A stretch of DNA of 64,000 nt from the human T2T-CHM13v2.0 reference genome, Homo sapiens: the NCBI RefSeq assembly GCF_009914755.1, contig NC_060940.1; one strand, given 5' to 3'. Below, piece after piece: positions 12,713-23,699 of the stretch. Within the stretch, counting starts at the first letter, position 1. Every line of letters starts with the position of its first letter. The notes below the pieces were generated by a model. That model was given only the letters and a program-made list of their open reading frames with translations. It was not told the origin of the DNA and did no database searches. A program made the translations under genes and the position numbers.

Positions 12713-14689
12713 GTGAAAACTCCACAATTCAGTGATCTTGCCACTCCAGGGCTAGTAGATGCTTTTACAAGCTCTCTAAAGAGTTCTGTTCTGTGCTTTC
12801 ATTGAACTGATCCAATCTGGTCTAGTTCTCCCAGGTCCACGAATACTTACGTGCCACTTTCCAGTGTGATGCTCTGAAATGACCCTTCCCATCCACACCC
12901 TGGAGTGGAATATCTCTTCCCACAGGGGTGCCTTTCTCAGATTCTGGAGGGGCAACCTTAGTCCCTTCCCCTACGTTTTGCTTGAGTGAGTCATAATCTA
13001 TTCCTGGCCTCTCAGGCCCCCGCTCCAGGATGCTGTAATCACAGCACTAACCTGTGTTCACATTTCCCATTATTGAGCAGAAATCCCCCTGTGCCTCCAC
13101 ACAGCCTGGCTGCTTCCTAATGGCCCCAGCTCCCAACTTCTAATAGCCCCATCCTCATTTCTCCCAAGAGCCAGCTCTTTTTGCTAGTGTTTTAAGAATC
13201 CTGATCCAGACGAAAATCCTCCCATGATGTCCATCTGGTCAAATTGAAGGTGATGTAAGCAATGAGACAGAGAGATGGGTGTGTCTGCATCGATAGGACA
13301 GAGGAACCTCCCAGGACCATCCATCTTCTGTCTCCTCCAGTGACATCTAACTGCCCCCCTCCTAGTCTGGGATTTGGGGATGACAGACAACTTCCCTAAT
13401 TGCCAGTGCCACACTATAGAGATGGGGTGGATGTTGGGCTCTGAGCATAGCCCCCGCTTCCAGCCCTGACAACAACTTCCTGGAGATGCTGCTTCTTTCT
13501 TCATGTGCAAATCCTACTCAGAAAGTGGATGTTCCCCTTTGCACTTGATCATGTGGGAGATTTAACCCTTGGAGGAAATGGTAGCAGGGACAGCAGAGAC
13601 TTTTGTGGATGTGGATCTGTTCCAGGTTTAGAGCTGTTTGTCCTATCTCAAGGAGAAGGCCCTCATCCACTCCTGACCTCAACTGCAGCTTCCTCAAAAT
13701 GGATAAAATGCTGTGCTGATGTAAAGAATGGTGATCAGAAGTGATTACAAAGCATGCTGCAAGCACAAACATAATGATTGTTTTAAAAAAGGAAAATGTT
13801 ATCAGCACTGGACAATGCCAGCATCTCCTCTATTTTTTTTTTTTTTTGGTTCCTATGAAGCCACCTGGGGATCAAGTTTTCCATTTCTCCCTTCCTTGAT
13901 TAGCATGGGATAAGGTTCACATGCTTCCATGACCAGCTGCCAAGTACATGGGTTTTATGTTAGGCACCTATTTCTGGGAAGAGATGGGTGGATGGTCAGG
14001 GAGAGAAAGTAGAAAAAAAGGTTTTCAGTTGCAGACTCAAGAAGTTATCTCTGAACTTCGATGTAATAATTAACCAGTAATTAAATTATTAAAACAAAAA
14101 TAGCCTTCTCTCCAAATCCCCAAGGAATTGCTAAAGAGTAAACTAGAGCTCTTGGAATGACAATAACACAAAATGGCAGCAGGAAGCTCCAGATAGGTAA
14201 GGGCTGCGAAAGCTGCCTGCTGAAACTCCTGCTCACCTGGATGTTGAGCTGCTTCTAGCGCTCCTGCCTCAGTCAGGTTTAAGGAGAAAGTCATGTGTTA
14301 GCTCAAAAAATCTGATGATGTTTTTACTTGGTTCCAGAAATTCTGATAGGGGCTGGAGGTTCAGAGGTGAGTAAGCTAGAAAAGTTCCTCGTTTCATGGA
14401 ACTTTCATTCTAATGCAGTAAAGGAAGATCATCAAGTGGTAAACAAGCCAACATACACAATAACCTCACAGCCTGATAGGTACTTGAAAAAAATTAGTAA
14501 AGGTCATAAAATGTCAATGTTGTTAGCAACGGACTGAGATTAAAGTCTGCTTCTCTGTCTTCCATTCTATTCTCAGGAACCAAAGATAAACTTTTGAAGG
14601 GAAAATCTGATTATGCATAATCATTGGACTTTGGCATTTCACTACTTGCCCTTTAAATATTATCTTTTTTCCTCCACAAAACTGCACAT

Positions 14690-14787
14690 GTCATGAAAGT
14701 GGAGACAGGGCTGCTTTTTCACTTCACCCCCTCACTGTTGCACATAGTGGGAGCTCAGTAAATATTTGCTGGATGGATGGATGAATT
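14690..14787 (+). mobile_element. L2 3' end
   Basis: gcacatagtgggagctcagtaaatatttgctggatggatggatgaat, the L2 terminus. Confidence 0.7.
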
Positions 14788-17700
14788 AAGAGAGGTTCTA
14801 TTTGGTAGTGGTGGAGGGGACTGCTGTGATTGATACTTAAGACAGGTGCAATCCAATTGGTATCTATCAAGGGAGCACCCAACTGGAGAAGCAACATGAA
14901 GCAGAACATAGGTTGCCGGTGGAGTTAGGAAACTGACTCTAGGTTTGGCTCATCATTGGCTCCGAATATGTCAACTTCATGGCCCTTTCTGCTCCAACCC
15001 CAGCATAGAAGTGTGGAAAGGTAAACCTCAGAGCAGCAATTTGGTGGTATTAGGTATAGAAGGATTTCCATTGTTAGGCCATGGAGAAGAATGGTCAATT
15101 CAATGACTTAATATTGCAATTTAGAATCCCAAGAACGCAGGAGAGGTTGTAGGGTCAAGAGGAGATGAGCCTAGCCCTCAGGGATTCTTAAACACTTAGA
15201 TTATGGTGTTTATGAAGTTACTCTGAGTTCTTCCTTTATTTGCAAAATTGGCATAATCACCAAGTAATGAGCTTTGCTGTTAGTACCCTGATTCTGTTTA
15301 GGCCCATTACCTTTGCTTAAACATTATATCCACAACATTCCTAAAATGGTTATGTTTCCTGTTTGAGCCAATTGGAAGTCTGAAGGCTAAAAGCTTTTTT
15401 GAACAATCAAAGATCTGAAAGTCAAACTGGCTTCATCAAAAGGGCAGTGAATTTCCTAAGAGAAGAGAGATTCAACTTGAGGCTGGACATGTCAAGGATG
15501 TTAAAGATCAAACAGTGGCAAATAATTGAAAAAAAAATGTTTGTATGAAATGCTGTCTGAACCTGACATTTTGTGAGCCTGTGACATAAAACATTCATTT
15601 GGTGAGCTGTCAAAGAAGACTTTATCCTCTTATGTATCCATGACAAATACTTGGGATGAGGATCCAGGGGTTTTTCTAGTCCTTGGTTTTCTCATCTGTG
15701 AAAAGGGGTTGAAAAATTCTACCTCCTAGAATTCTTGTAAGGCTTCCAAGGGGTAATACTTAGGAAATACCAGGTTCCTAGTCAGCACTTAATAAATCTC
15801 AGTTAAATTTGAATCTGAACTCTTTCAATACAGGAGCACTGAAAGTTTAGCCTTTCTCAATAATATAAGCTACCCTGAGCCAAGGCAAAAATCAGTAGGA
15901 CTCCAACGTTCCCACTCCCTGATTATGGAAGCAGTGAAAAATGTGTTGATTTTATTCTTTTGGTGAGCTGTACACCCACCTAGCAAGACCAGGCCTAAAC
16001 ATATGGTCCCAATTTCTTGTCTCAAGGGAAAGACCAGTGTTCTTAGAGAAGCTAATTTTTACCAGTCTCCATAAAAAGTAATTTCCCATCCATGGAAAGT
16101 GGATTGGCCTGAACAGGCTCTGTTAACTGTTCTCAGGGCAGATGCGAAGCCCAGCAGAGGGCACTTGCCTGTGCTAGCTCTACTTCTATCTACTCTCATC
16201 TCCAACTTCTACCCTCTGTCTATCTATGAGACCTCACAGGTCTGTTCCTCTATGAAGCCTGTCTTGATTGCTCTAATTGGGTTTAAGTCCCTTTAGCGTA
16301 TGTTGTCACTGTGTCATGAACATACATCTTTGTAGTAGTGTTAAGCTGGGGTTTGTGAAAGTTTGGGTATTATTTCTCCCACTTGACTGTAAGCCCTGTC
16401 TGTGTTGGCTCCCTATATCCCAGCGTCTAGCAGAGAGGCAGAACACACTCCACAGGAATACTTGCAGAAGGGAGAAAGAATGCTTGTGAGGCTGTTGGCT
16501 GAAAAGAAAACTGAAAGCAGGAGAGACAAACCATTGTGTGGATAGGCGTCTCACTGCACCGGGCAAAGCCGGGCAAACAGAGGGAGTGGAGGGTTACAAC
16601 AGGAGGGATTTAGGACAGTGTTCAGGAAGAAAGCTGCTTTGCAAACATCCTTTAAAATTCAGGGCTGCCTAAAGAGTTACAGTGCGATCCCAGGGAAAAC
16701 AGCCAGCAATTATATCAGCCTCTGCAAACAGAATAATCTGCTTTGCTCCAATCCCGATTTTTATTTTCCATAGGTTTTAAAGAAAAGTTAGAAGATAAAC
16801 TTTACGGCGAAAGATTATAGGCAGGGTTCTGGCTAGGCTTTTTAAGCTAGGGGGATTTAAGGAAAGGAGACAGTACTCTCTCTCTGAGACCAAGTGAGTC
16901 TCTGGGGATGGGTGGAGTCGAAAACCTCTCCCTTGCTGGGCGATACTGTCTTGTGTTGACGTTCAAAAATATCTCCTTTAAGTTATCAAAAGAACCATCT
17001 CTTAGGTGCTGTCTGTTAGGGTAGGAGGTGGGCATGCCTAGGTCTTCTCCTGCTGCGAAGGGAAGAAGGAAGCTAGCTGGGGCCTTTCTGCTGAGCCTTT
17101 TAGACAATAGCACAGTGAGTACAGACACGTTTCCCTTGACTGCCAGGCTCAGAGCAAGGGCGAGGGTGGCACACAGGCATCTGCTAAGCAGAAAAATGTC
17201 ATGCCAGGGGCTTCTTCACCAGCCAACCCTGTTCCTAGCTGGCAGGCCACTTCCCAGGCAGTTTCCAAACAACAAAACAGAAGGGATTTCATTTCTCACT
17301 TCATTTTTTTTTTCTTGGCTTCTGTATTCCCAGTCCCTACATTCTGAATAAACAACCTTTTGTTGTAAATGGATAACTTGTAAGCCATAGGCACTCAGGG
17401 AGAGCAAAGAAGCTAGCTAAGGTGTGGGGAGGGGGAGGAAGAATCTGTGCTCCAAGACTGGGCCTGCCTACTGTGTTGTTATGTGTCTGGGCTACATGTG
17501 TCTCCATGTCTCCGCGTCCTCACCTGGAAAGAGGGATAATTCTGCATGCCATATTGACAACCACAATGGTGAAGATGAATTAGAAGGAGGCACCTTGAAA
17601 AAAAGAAAAAAGGAAACTGTATAAGAAAAAAAGCCCCACACAGTTTTAAATATGCTCAACTTGATAATTCTTCATAAAATTAGAATCACAGTGACTTCCA

Positions 17701-18498
17701 GTATGCAGCTGAGTTCACGTGAAGTCTGCAGTCACTTGTTAGAGAAATGCTTTTACGGAATTGCTTCACCAAGCAGAGAACTGGCTCTGCTGTCTCACAG
17801 ATGTGGGAAGTGACCAGCTTTGATCAGAGTAGCCTTGATCCAGTCACTTTCCTCTCTGAGTTGTGGTTCCCACATTAGTTGAGGGGAAGCTGCCGAGGTG
17901 GATGTGTGTTGCAGGATGAAGATAAGATGTTCCCCAAACACACAGAACATGGGTCTTTTCTACTCATTCCAGGATTATTGAGGAAGATCCACCTAAGATG
18001 CAAGTGTTAAATACAGTGATGGGGCAGGATGGGCCAAGGGTGATAAACATGCTCATTCTGAGAATTGGTAGTTATGCATAGGACTGCATAAGGCTGGCAT
18101 AGCCCTGGCGATGTAGGTTCTACTGAGACCTATCCCCAGATGGGGGCCATAACCACATGGGCAGTTGTACAGCCATGCAACCACACCAGTAAGTGGATAG
18201 AACCAAGAGCTCCAAAGTTACACAGACAGTTTCCAGTCCTGCTTCTGCCTCCCCTGCTCAGTGCCTCTGTTTACCCATGGGCACACCAAGCTCTAAATAG
18301 GATTAAGCATGGCAACTACTCAACACAGTATCTGGTAGAAACCCCTCAGAAACGATAGTATTATTAAAAATATTATTACTAACCCTAAGTACCTGGGGCT
18401 GCATATATCTCAGCTCTCTTTTCCTCCTGGGCAATTTCCATTTTCTAAACCGAGGTCCTGCTTTTTCAGCAAGGAAACTGTGCTAAATGCTCCCGCAT

Positions 18499-18500
<2 letters not shown>

Positions 18501-18530
<30 letters not shown>

Positions 18531-18653
18531 CTGTGTGTGTGTGTGTGGGGGGGGGCAAGGGGCTCAAGTGTTGGAAGGGGCCCAGAGCATGTGTGTGTGT
18601 GTGTGTGTGTGTATGTGTGCAGGGGCCGGGGGCTTAAGTGTTGCAGGTGGTCC

Positions 18654-18687
<34 letters not shown>

Positions 18688-18862
18688 TCTCTCTAGGGGC
18701 TGGGGGCTCAAGTGTTGAAGGTGGTTCAGCGTGTGTGTGTGTTTGTGCACGTGTATGGGTGTGTGTAAGGGCTGGGGGCTCAAGCATTGGCGGTAGCTCA
18801 GCGTGTGTGCGTGTGTGCGTGTGTTCAAGGGCTGGGGGCTCAATTGTGAGAGGTGGCCCAGG
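18501..18862. repeat. Composite minisatellite: five ~36-bp G-rich cores interleaved with (TG)n spacers
   Basis: Cores approximately (a/g)gggctgggggctcaagtgttg..ggtggt.cagc at 18552-18590, 18621-18656, 18695-18730, 18767-18802 and 18827-18862. Confidence 0.93.
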
Positions 18863-18879
18863 GGCCGGTTAGAGACTGG

Positions 18880-19123
18880 GAAGGACGACAGAGGCAAGAC
18901 ACGCAGCGAGTGCTCTCGCGAGAGTTCACCGAGTTGATAAAGTTATTAAAACACAAAATACACATTTGCGTGAGGGGGAAAAAATACCCGCTTGTCCGTC
19001 CTGTCCCTTCAGGCTGCGCAACGCTGGAGGGCGATGGGAGCTCCACACAGGTGGGACGAGCCTAGCAGGTAAACCTTCCACCGGCCCGAGCTCCGCGACG
19101 CCGCGCCCCCAGCCCCGCCCCGC

Positions 19124-19158
<35 letters not shown>

Positions 19159-19335
19159 AGAAGAGAAAGAGCCGCCGGGAGAAGCGCGGACGCCGCCGCT
19201 TCCCGGGCTCCAGCCGCGGCCCAGAAGAGGAGGAGCCCAGACGCCCTTCGCGCGCCATTGGTCCATCCGCCTAGCAACAGCCGCGGCCGGACCAATGGGA
19301 GCCGCGAAGCGGCCGGCCCCGCTCCAGAAACTTGG
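18880..19335. promoter_or_regulatory. Small CpG island / promoter
   Basis: The only dense non-Alu CpG cluster in the window. CTCTCGCGAGAG at 18913-18924, GC boxes at ~19113-19124, CCAAT boxes at 19257-19261 and 19292-19296, RFX half-site CCTAGCAAC at 19270-19278. Confidence 0.85.
19127..19156. repeat. A30 homopolymer inside the CpG island
   Basis: 30 consecutive A flanked by GC-rich sequence. No SINE/LINE body upstream. Confidence 0.95.
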
Positions 19336-19969
19336 CTGCGGAGAAGTTCGCTGTCCCAGCCAGGAAAACAAACCAAGAGACCCTTCACACCCCAGCCCTA
19401 AGTTTTCTTTCTTACCCTGCCTACCCTCCCCCTTTCCCTTTGCAACTTGTCACCATTCCCAGCTCATGCATGCTTTAGTCGCCAAATTCTGACGCGGACG
19501 GAGGGCCTTTTCAGAAGGTCATCTCTTCCCACCCAAGGGAGAAGTCTCATTAGAGGCAAAAGAACGGACAGGTTGAAAACGATTTGTCAGGTTTCCGAAT
19601 CTCTCTTGGTCTTCAATTACAATAGCCTCACTTTTAATATATAGTGTGTTTTTGTTTGAACTGATCTGCAAGATCTGTGCCCAAAATGAAGGGCAATTTG
19701 GAACATTTATTATGTACCGGGCTTTAACCTCGAATTTTGTTTGCTTTCTATGCCTTATTGCATTTAATCCTCTAATTAATTGTAATTCGGAGAGTGGGTT
19801 GCCCTGTCTCCATTTAATAGATGGGAAATTGAAGTTCAAAATGGTGAGTGGAAGTGTCAGAGAAATTCTGTTAGTACATGGTTACACAGGATTCAAACCC
19901 AAGCCAGTCTGATTCCCAAGACACTCTGGTTTCATGATGCCAGGAACCTCTGCAAGCACTTTTCAGAAC

Positions 19970-20365
19970 TGGCCATAAAGAAATTCTCTGACCTACCTTG
20001 TGGGTTGTAGGTCCTGCCCCATACTGGAGAGGAAGACGTGCTACATAGAGAAGCTAAGAAAAATTTGAACAGACAGGCCGTGCTGGGTTTTCTGCCTCAG
20101 TCTCTTGCTATTAGATCAGACTCTTCTTTGTCTAACCCTATTTCTACCTGGCTATCCATGCTTCATCAAACTTAAGCCCGGGTAAAAACAGATACCCGGG
20201 GTATCTATTTTTATCTGGGACTTGCGGTCTTCATTTTGAGGGCTCCCATGTCACATAAAACTATGATTGAATAGCTTTGTTATGGCTTTTCTCCTGTTAA
20301 TTTCTTGTCAATTCATTCAGCAGACTTAGATTAGAGCCTTCAGAGGGAAAGTTTGAACTTTCCTA
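19970..20365 (+). mobile_element. ERV1 LTR fragment (MER4-group-like)
   Basis: aagaaattctctgacctacctt...tgaacagacaggcc...gagggctcccatgtcacataaaactatgatt resembles MER4-group LTRs. Confidence 0.6.
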
Positions 20366-20439
20366 AAGAAATGGTGTATATTGCAAAAATCGAATCCAGA
20401 CTCTCTCTATGTGTTATCCTCAAACCCCAGCTTGCTTTG

Positions 20440-20600
20440 TGGGTGTGTGACCAGCCCAAATGCACAGATTCTGTACTTAGAAGGTCTTACACTTGGTTTA
20501 CTGCTCTGCTGTTGCTGTTTTGAAGTTATTAATACGATTTGAAGAAGAGGTCCCGTGTTTTCATTTTGCACTGGGTCTGCAAATTATGTAGCCGCCCCTA
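20440..20600. mobile_element. MER45-like hAT-Tip100 DNA transposon relic
   Basis: Terminal ttttcattttgcactgggtctgcaaattatgtagccgcccc. Confidence 0.7.
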
Positions 20601-21644
20601 TGAATACAGCTTATTTAAATGTCCCAGAGGAATCTCACGTTTTGAGAATGTCGAACCTCAAGGGAAGGAGGAAGGTTGTAAGCTTGCCACCCCAACCCAC
20701 ATCACACACACACTTAGACTTCTGCACACACCCTACGGATAGTTTTATGACACTATAACTGTAATTTGAATCTCCAGTCTATTAAATGGGAGTGTATATA
20801 TTTATGGCTGTGTTTATGTGTGTGTGTGCATGCACACGTGCCTGTGAGAACTCAGAGAGGGAATAGAGGTTTGGGGCATTTACAACACACAGATACAGTC
20901 CTGATTATTGACTCTATCCTTTCACTTTGGAGACATTACAGGGGATTTGGACAGGCCCTGCTTTTATGAAATACACTCTTAGGAGGTTTTCGAGTGCCTG
21001 TAAACACTGGACTGTGAGTGAGGTTGGTGTGATGCCGGCTATCCCTGGAGGGAACAAACCTTGAATACACTTCCACTGGGCCTGGCAGAAAAGCCACATG
21101 TTCTTCCATCTGTGTTACCCTGAAATCTGAATCTTCTTTTCTAGTAAAGATTGGCCTAGTTTTTATTCTCTGGATTATGTTGATCTAATTCTCTTAGTTA
21201 AGAGATGAAATGATCAGTAAATCACCAATGGCGTGAAAGTCTGAAATAAATGAGAAGAAAACCTGAGTGTTTCCCTGACACTTAGTTTACCAACAAAGAT
21301 AATCACACTCTGTGGCAGTTGTAAGGGACTCTGACATGGCTTTGAAACCATCTCCAAATTTTGGAGCACTTTATTTGGTGTTGAGGGAAACTGAGGCCCT
21401 GAGAAATAGGCTAAGTTACTACAGGTTACACAGCTAGGTGGTAGTGATATGTAGGTTAGAATCCACTTTGCCCGACTTCTGACCCAGGGCTCTTTCTTGC
21501 TTTTCTGTACGAACAGAAAAATACCATAAAACATTATGTAATCATTTCCTGTGAAGAGAGGTTATTGACTTAATAAATAACCATATGGGGTCACGAGGGA
21601 AGGTTACCAGTATGTATTAGTGGTTGCTGTTTGCTCTTGTTTTG

Positions 21645-21810
21645 TCTATATCATCTCATTTAAGAGAATCTTCTGGATAATATTGAGAGAATGTAGGCAG
21701 CATTATTTCCACTTAACAGATGAGGAAAGTGAGGCACAAAGTCGTGGAGTAACTTGCATAGAGTCCCTCAACTTGTTAATGGATTAGCCAAGATGTAAAC
21801 TCTGTTATTC
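21645..21810 (-). mobile_element. MIR SINE
   Basis: ccacttaacagatgaggaaagtgaggcacaaag MIR core. Confidence 0.7.
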
Positions 21811-22194
21811 TTCATTCCTAAATAGCAATATTAAACCTTTCAAATTATCATGGCGCCATGGTAGCCCATTTTAATGACAATATAGATTAAAGAAATGAGT
21901 CTTGTCCTACCAAACAGAAGTTAACTATTATGGTCATCATTAAGCTAACTTTGGGTCATTAATTGCTCTTAATTCAGTTTTGTCTCAAGTTTTTTGAGGC
22001 TTTATTGTGATGATGTGTTACTTTCCTTTGACATTGCGGACCAATTTAAATTTTATTTGATGTCGACTAAAAATCTCAGTCTAGCCAAAATATAAGTCTA
22101 ATGATTTGCTTGGCGTTTCAGAAAAAATAAAAAATAAAACAATTATTAGCAAATGGCTTCGTTGATTAAACCATTTGGTTCTAGGTGAAACTGG

Positions 22195-22515
22195 CAAATA
22201 TTACCTGGGGTTTGTTGCACATTCTCTGAGGTCTCAAAGCAGATCTGCTGATTCACAGTCTCTACGGTGGTACTCACACTGGGCTGCGCACGGGAATCAC
22301 CTGGGGAGCATTAAAACTCCTGATGTTTGAATCCCACACCCTGAATTTCTGCTGGAGTTGGTCTGAAAGACAGCTTGGTCATCAGGAGTTTTAAAAGCTC
22401 CCCAGTTGAATCTAATGTGCAACCGAAGTTGCAATCCATAGGAGGAACTTGGGAAGCTGTGTGTTTAGTAAGCATCCCAGGTGATGTTTCTGATCAGAGG
22501 AGTCTGGAAACACTC
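22195..22515. mobile_element. MER5A/MER5B-type DNA transposon relic(s), probably nested
   Basis: gaatcacctggggagcattaaaa...ttttaaaagctccccagttgaatctaatgtgcaacc at 22265-22440, flanked by further MER5-like pieces. Confidence 0.7.
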
Positions 22516-23403
22516 CTGCAACTTACATGCTCTGTACAAACCAGGAGCAAGCACTCTGACAGGTTATTTAAGAAAAGTTTGTGGGAGAGAAGCCAGAGAC
22601 AGCCTAGAGATTGCCTACAATCAGGCTCACCTTGTATAATTTGTGCATTTTTCTAGGAAATAGAGTTTTGAGTGATGAATTGAAGAGAGAAAGAACTAGC
22701 CAGAACCTTGAAACCACTTACCATTAATTCTGTCATCCTTTTATGCAGTCACCCCTTTTTCCTCCAAGTCTATATTTATTGGTCATCTATTATATACTAT
22801 GAATCACTTTAGTGAAGGGCTAGTAACCCACTGATGAATGATAATATAGATACTTGGGATCTTGTAATATTTAAAATGCTTTTGGCTGGCTTAAAAGACT
22901 GAGGAAAGTCTTGACTGAATTAAAATAAAATAAACAGGATAGTATATTTGCATCCTGGCCCTTTTCATCATACTTCTTCTTTCTCAGAGAAAGCTCACAT
23001 ATAATGGCAGCAAAATCCATTGAAATCCTGATTTAGAAACACTTAGCAACCCTTGTCAACAATGAGTCCCATGATATTTTTAGCATCTCATCAGAATTAA
23101 AACAAATAAACAAACAAACAAGCAAGCAAAATCTCTACACAATGGAGCAATCTTGGAGAGGGAAAATTATAGCTTACTGATCAAGTTTTAGGGACAGATT
23201 TCTAACCATCAAACCATAGGTGGTAAAAGTACACAGATTCCAGCCACTCCTGGGCAAAGAGAAGTTGACCAATTTGGAAGGCAGTATTCCATCCTGAGTA
23301 AAGGAAAGAGCAGCGCTTTTCTTCCTTCCTTCTTCTCCACTCTTCTTCTTTCCAGTTTCATATTCCAGTTCATACATACAAGTGTCCAGTTCATACTAAG
23401 ACA

Positions 23404-23699
23404 ATTTTTTTTTTCGAGATGGAGTTTTGCTCTTGCTGTCCAGGCTAGAGTGCAGTGGTGCCATCTCGGCTCACTGCAACCTCCTGCTCCTGGGTTCAAG
23501 CGATTCTTAGGCCTCAGTCTCCTGAGTAGCTGGGATTACCAGGAGCCTGCCATCACACCTGGCTAATTTTTGTATTTTTAGTAGAGATGGGATTTCACCA
23601 TGTTGAACAAGCTGGTCTCAAACTCCTGACCTCGGGTAATCCAGCCACCTTGGCCTCCCAAAGTGTCGGGAATACTGGTGTGAGTCACTGTGTCCGGCC
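23404..23699 (-). mobile_element. AluS (AluSq/Sp-like)
   Basis: Antisense Alu (gagttttgctcttgc...). TSD ATACTAAGACA at 23393-23403 and 23700-23710. Confidence 0.96.

Noticed and set aside
12851-12943. Possible additional minus-strand exon (cccctccag|...cac|gtaagt) and various plus-strand GTGAGT donors (e.g. ~14367, ~19844, ~39275)
   Set aside because: The acceptor is weak or the sites lie within MIR/L2 relics, so they cannot be distinguished from chance cryptic sites without data.
18501-18862. CRISPR-like repeat-spacer appearance
   Set aside because: The spacers are (TG)n microsatellites rather than unique sequences, the cores are diverged, there are no cas genes, and the DNA is primate genomic.
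18880-19335. Assigning a gene name to the promoter
   Set aside because: There is no coding exon or sequence I can recognise with confidence. A BLAT search is required.
18410-19388. Overlapping ORFs with poly-HT, poly-CV, poly-K and poly-F
   Set aside because: They are translations of (TG)n, the A30 tract and GC-rich island sequence.
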